From contig OX597829.1 in the NCBI GenBank assembly GCA_951406725.2, forward strand, positions 24,924,001-24,988,000: DNA of 64,000 nucleotides, given 5' to 3'. The stretch's first letter is position 1, and the number at the start of each line of letters is the position of its first letter. Of this stretch, positions 63,527 through 64,000 are shown in pieces. Both the position numbers and the translations under genes were made by a program. Below the pieces are notes generated by a model, which was not told where the DNA came from, searched no databases, and worked only from the letters and a program-made list of their open reading frames with translations. Source of the DNA: Octopus vulgaris. Taxonomy: Eukaryota.

Positions 63527-64000
63527 CTGAAGAAATGGAAAGAAAATAACAACAGTAGTGGGAATTACTTGTTTAATATACTGAAGGGATCAAAACGAGG
63601 CCAATACAAAGAAAATATAATAGTGGAGACTGTTATATCCAAACACACAGATGCTAGGTTAGCCTAACCACCAAAGGCAAGTACCTTATTTTAGTATGTT
63701 ATTTTCTGACCTACAAGTGCTTCTGAAGAGTAAGCCCTTTTGTTTAGGCCTTCTTAGCCACTAACACCCACCTTTCTAAACAAGTTATTGTAACAACACC
63801 TCCCACTCCCTTCTCTGCTGAAAACTGGAAGACAAAGAGTCCCTATCTTCAGTTCTTTCAGTTACTCCTCATCATGCTATATCTGACAAAGACAGAAGGA
63901 AAAGGTAAAATGCCTGTCCTTTCCTGTCAACATGACTGATGGACTCCCCAAAACAGCAATTAATTTTGATAGTGCAAAACAAGCTTTGTTGCCCTGCATC

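Larger units (their letters stand above)
61445..64000 (-). repeat. Inverted segmental duplication of 34124 to about 36635 (plus 38194-38225); runs off the window end
   Basis: The reverse complement aligns nearly base for base with the + strand copy. Confidence 0.95.

Overview
AT-rich, intron-containing animal DNA, almost certainly an octopus (inferred from the SINE, RTE and Penelope repeat families and the microsatellites). It is not prokaryotic, and most ORFs in the supplied track are spurious. Two spliced genes could be reconstructed by hand on the + strand. (1) The last four coding exons of a NUDT6-like Nudix hydrolase (2141-6142) with an intact Nudix box. (2) A complete six-exon, 299-aa multi-pass membrane protein gene (17825-36069) made of an internal two-fold repeat, with all introns in phase 0 and a C-terminal KKxx motif. 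A near-identical inverted copy of the 3' part of gene 2 lies at about 61445-64000. In that copy intron 5 is almost unchanged, but exon 5 carries 4 amino-acid changes and a CGA>TGA stop removes the KKxx tail. The rest is nested transposon debris: several SINE families, RTE and Hero-like LINEs, Penelope elements and minimal hammerhead-ribozyme motifs, mariner, Tc1/IS630-like, hAT, pogo and Gypsy remnants, a Helitron, piggyBac-type MITEs, GG-ended MITEs with 8-bp target duplications, an inverted-repeat element enclosing a tRNA-like sequence, and an unexplained degenerate triplication of about 1 kb. All alignments were done by eye and no database search was run.
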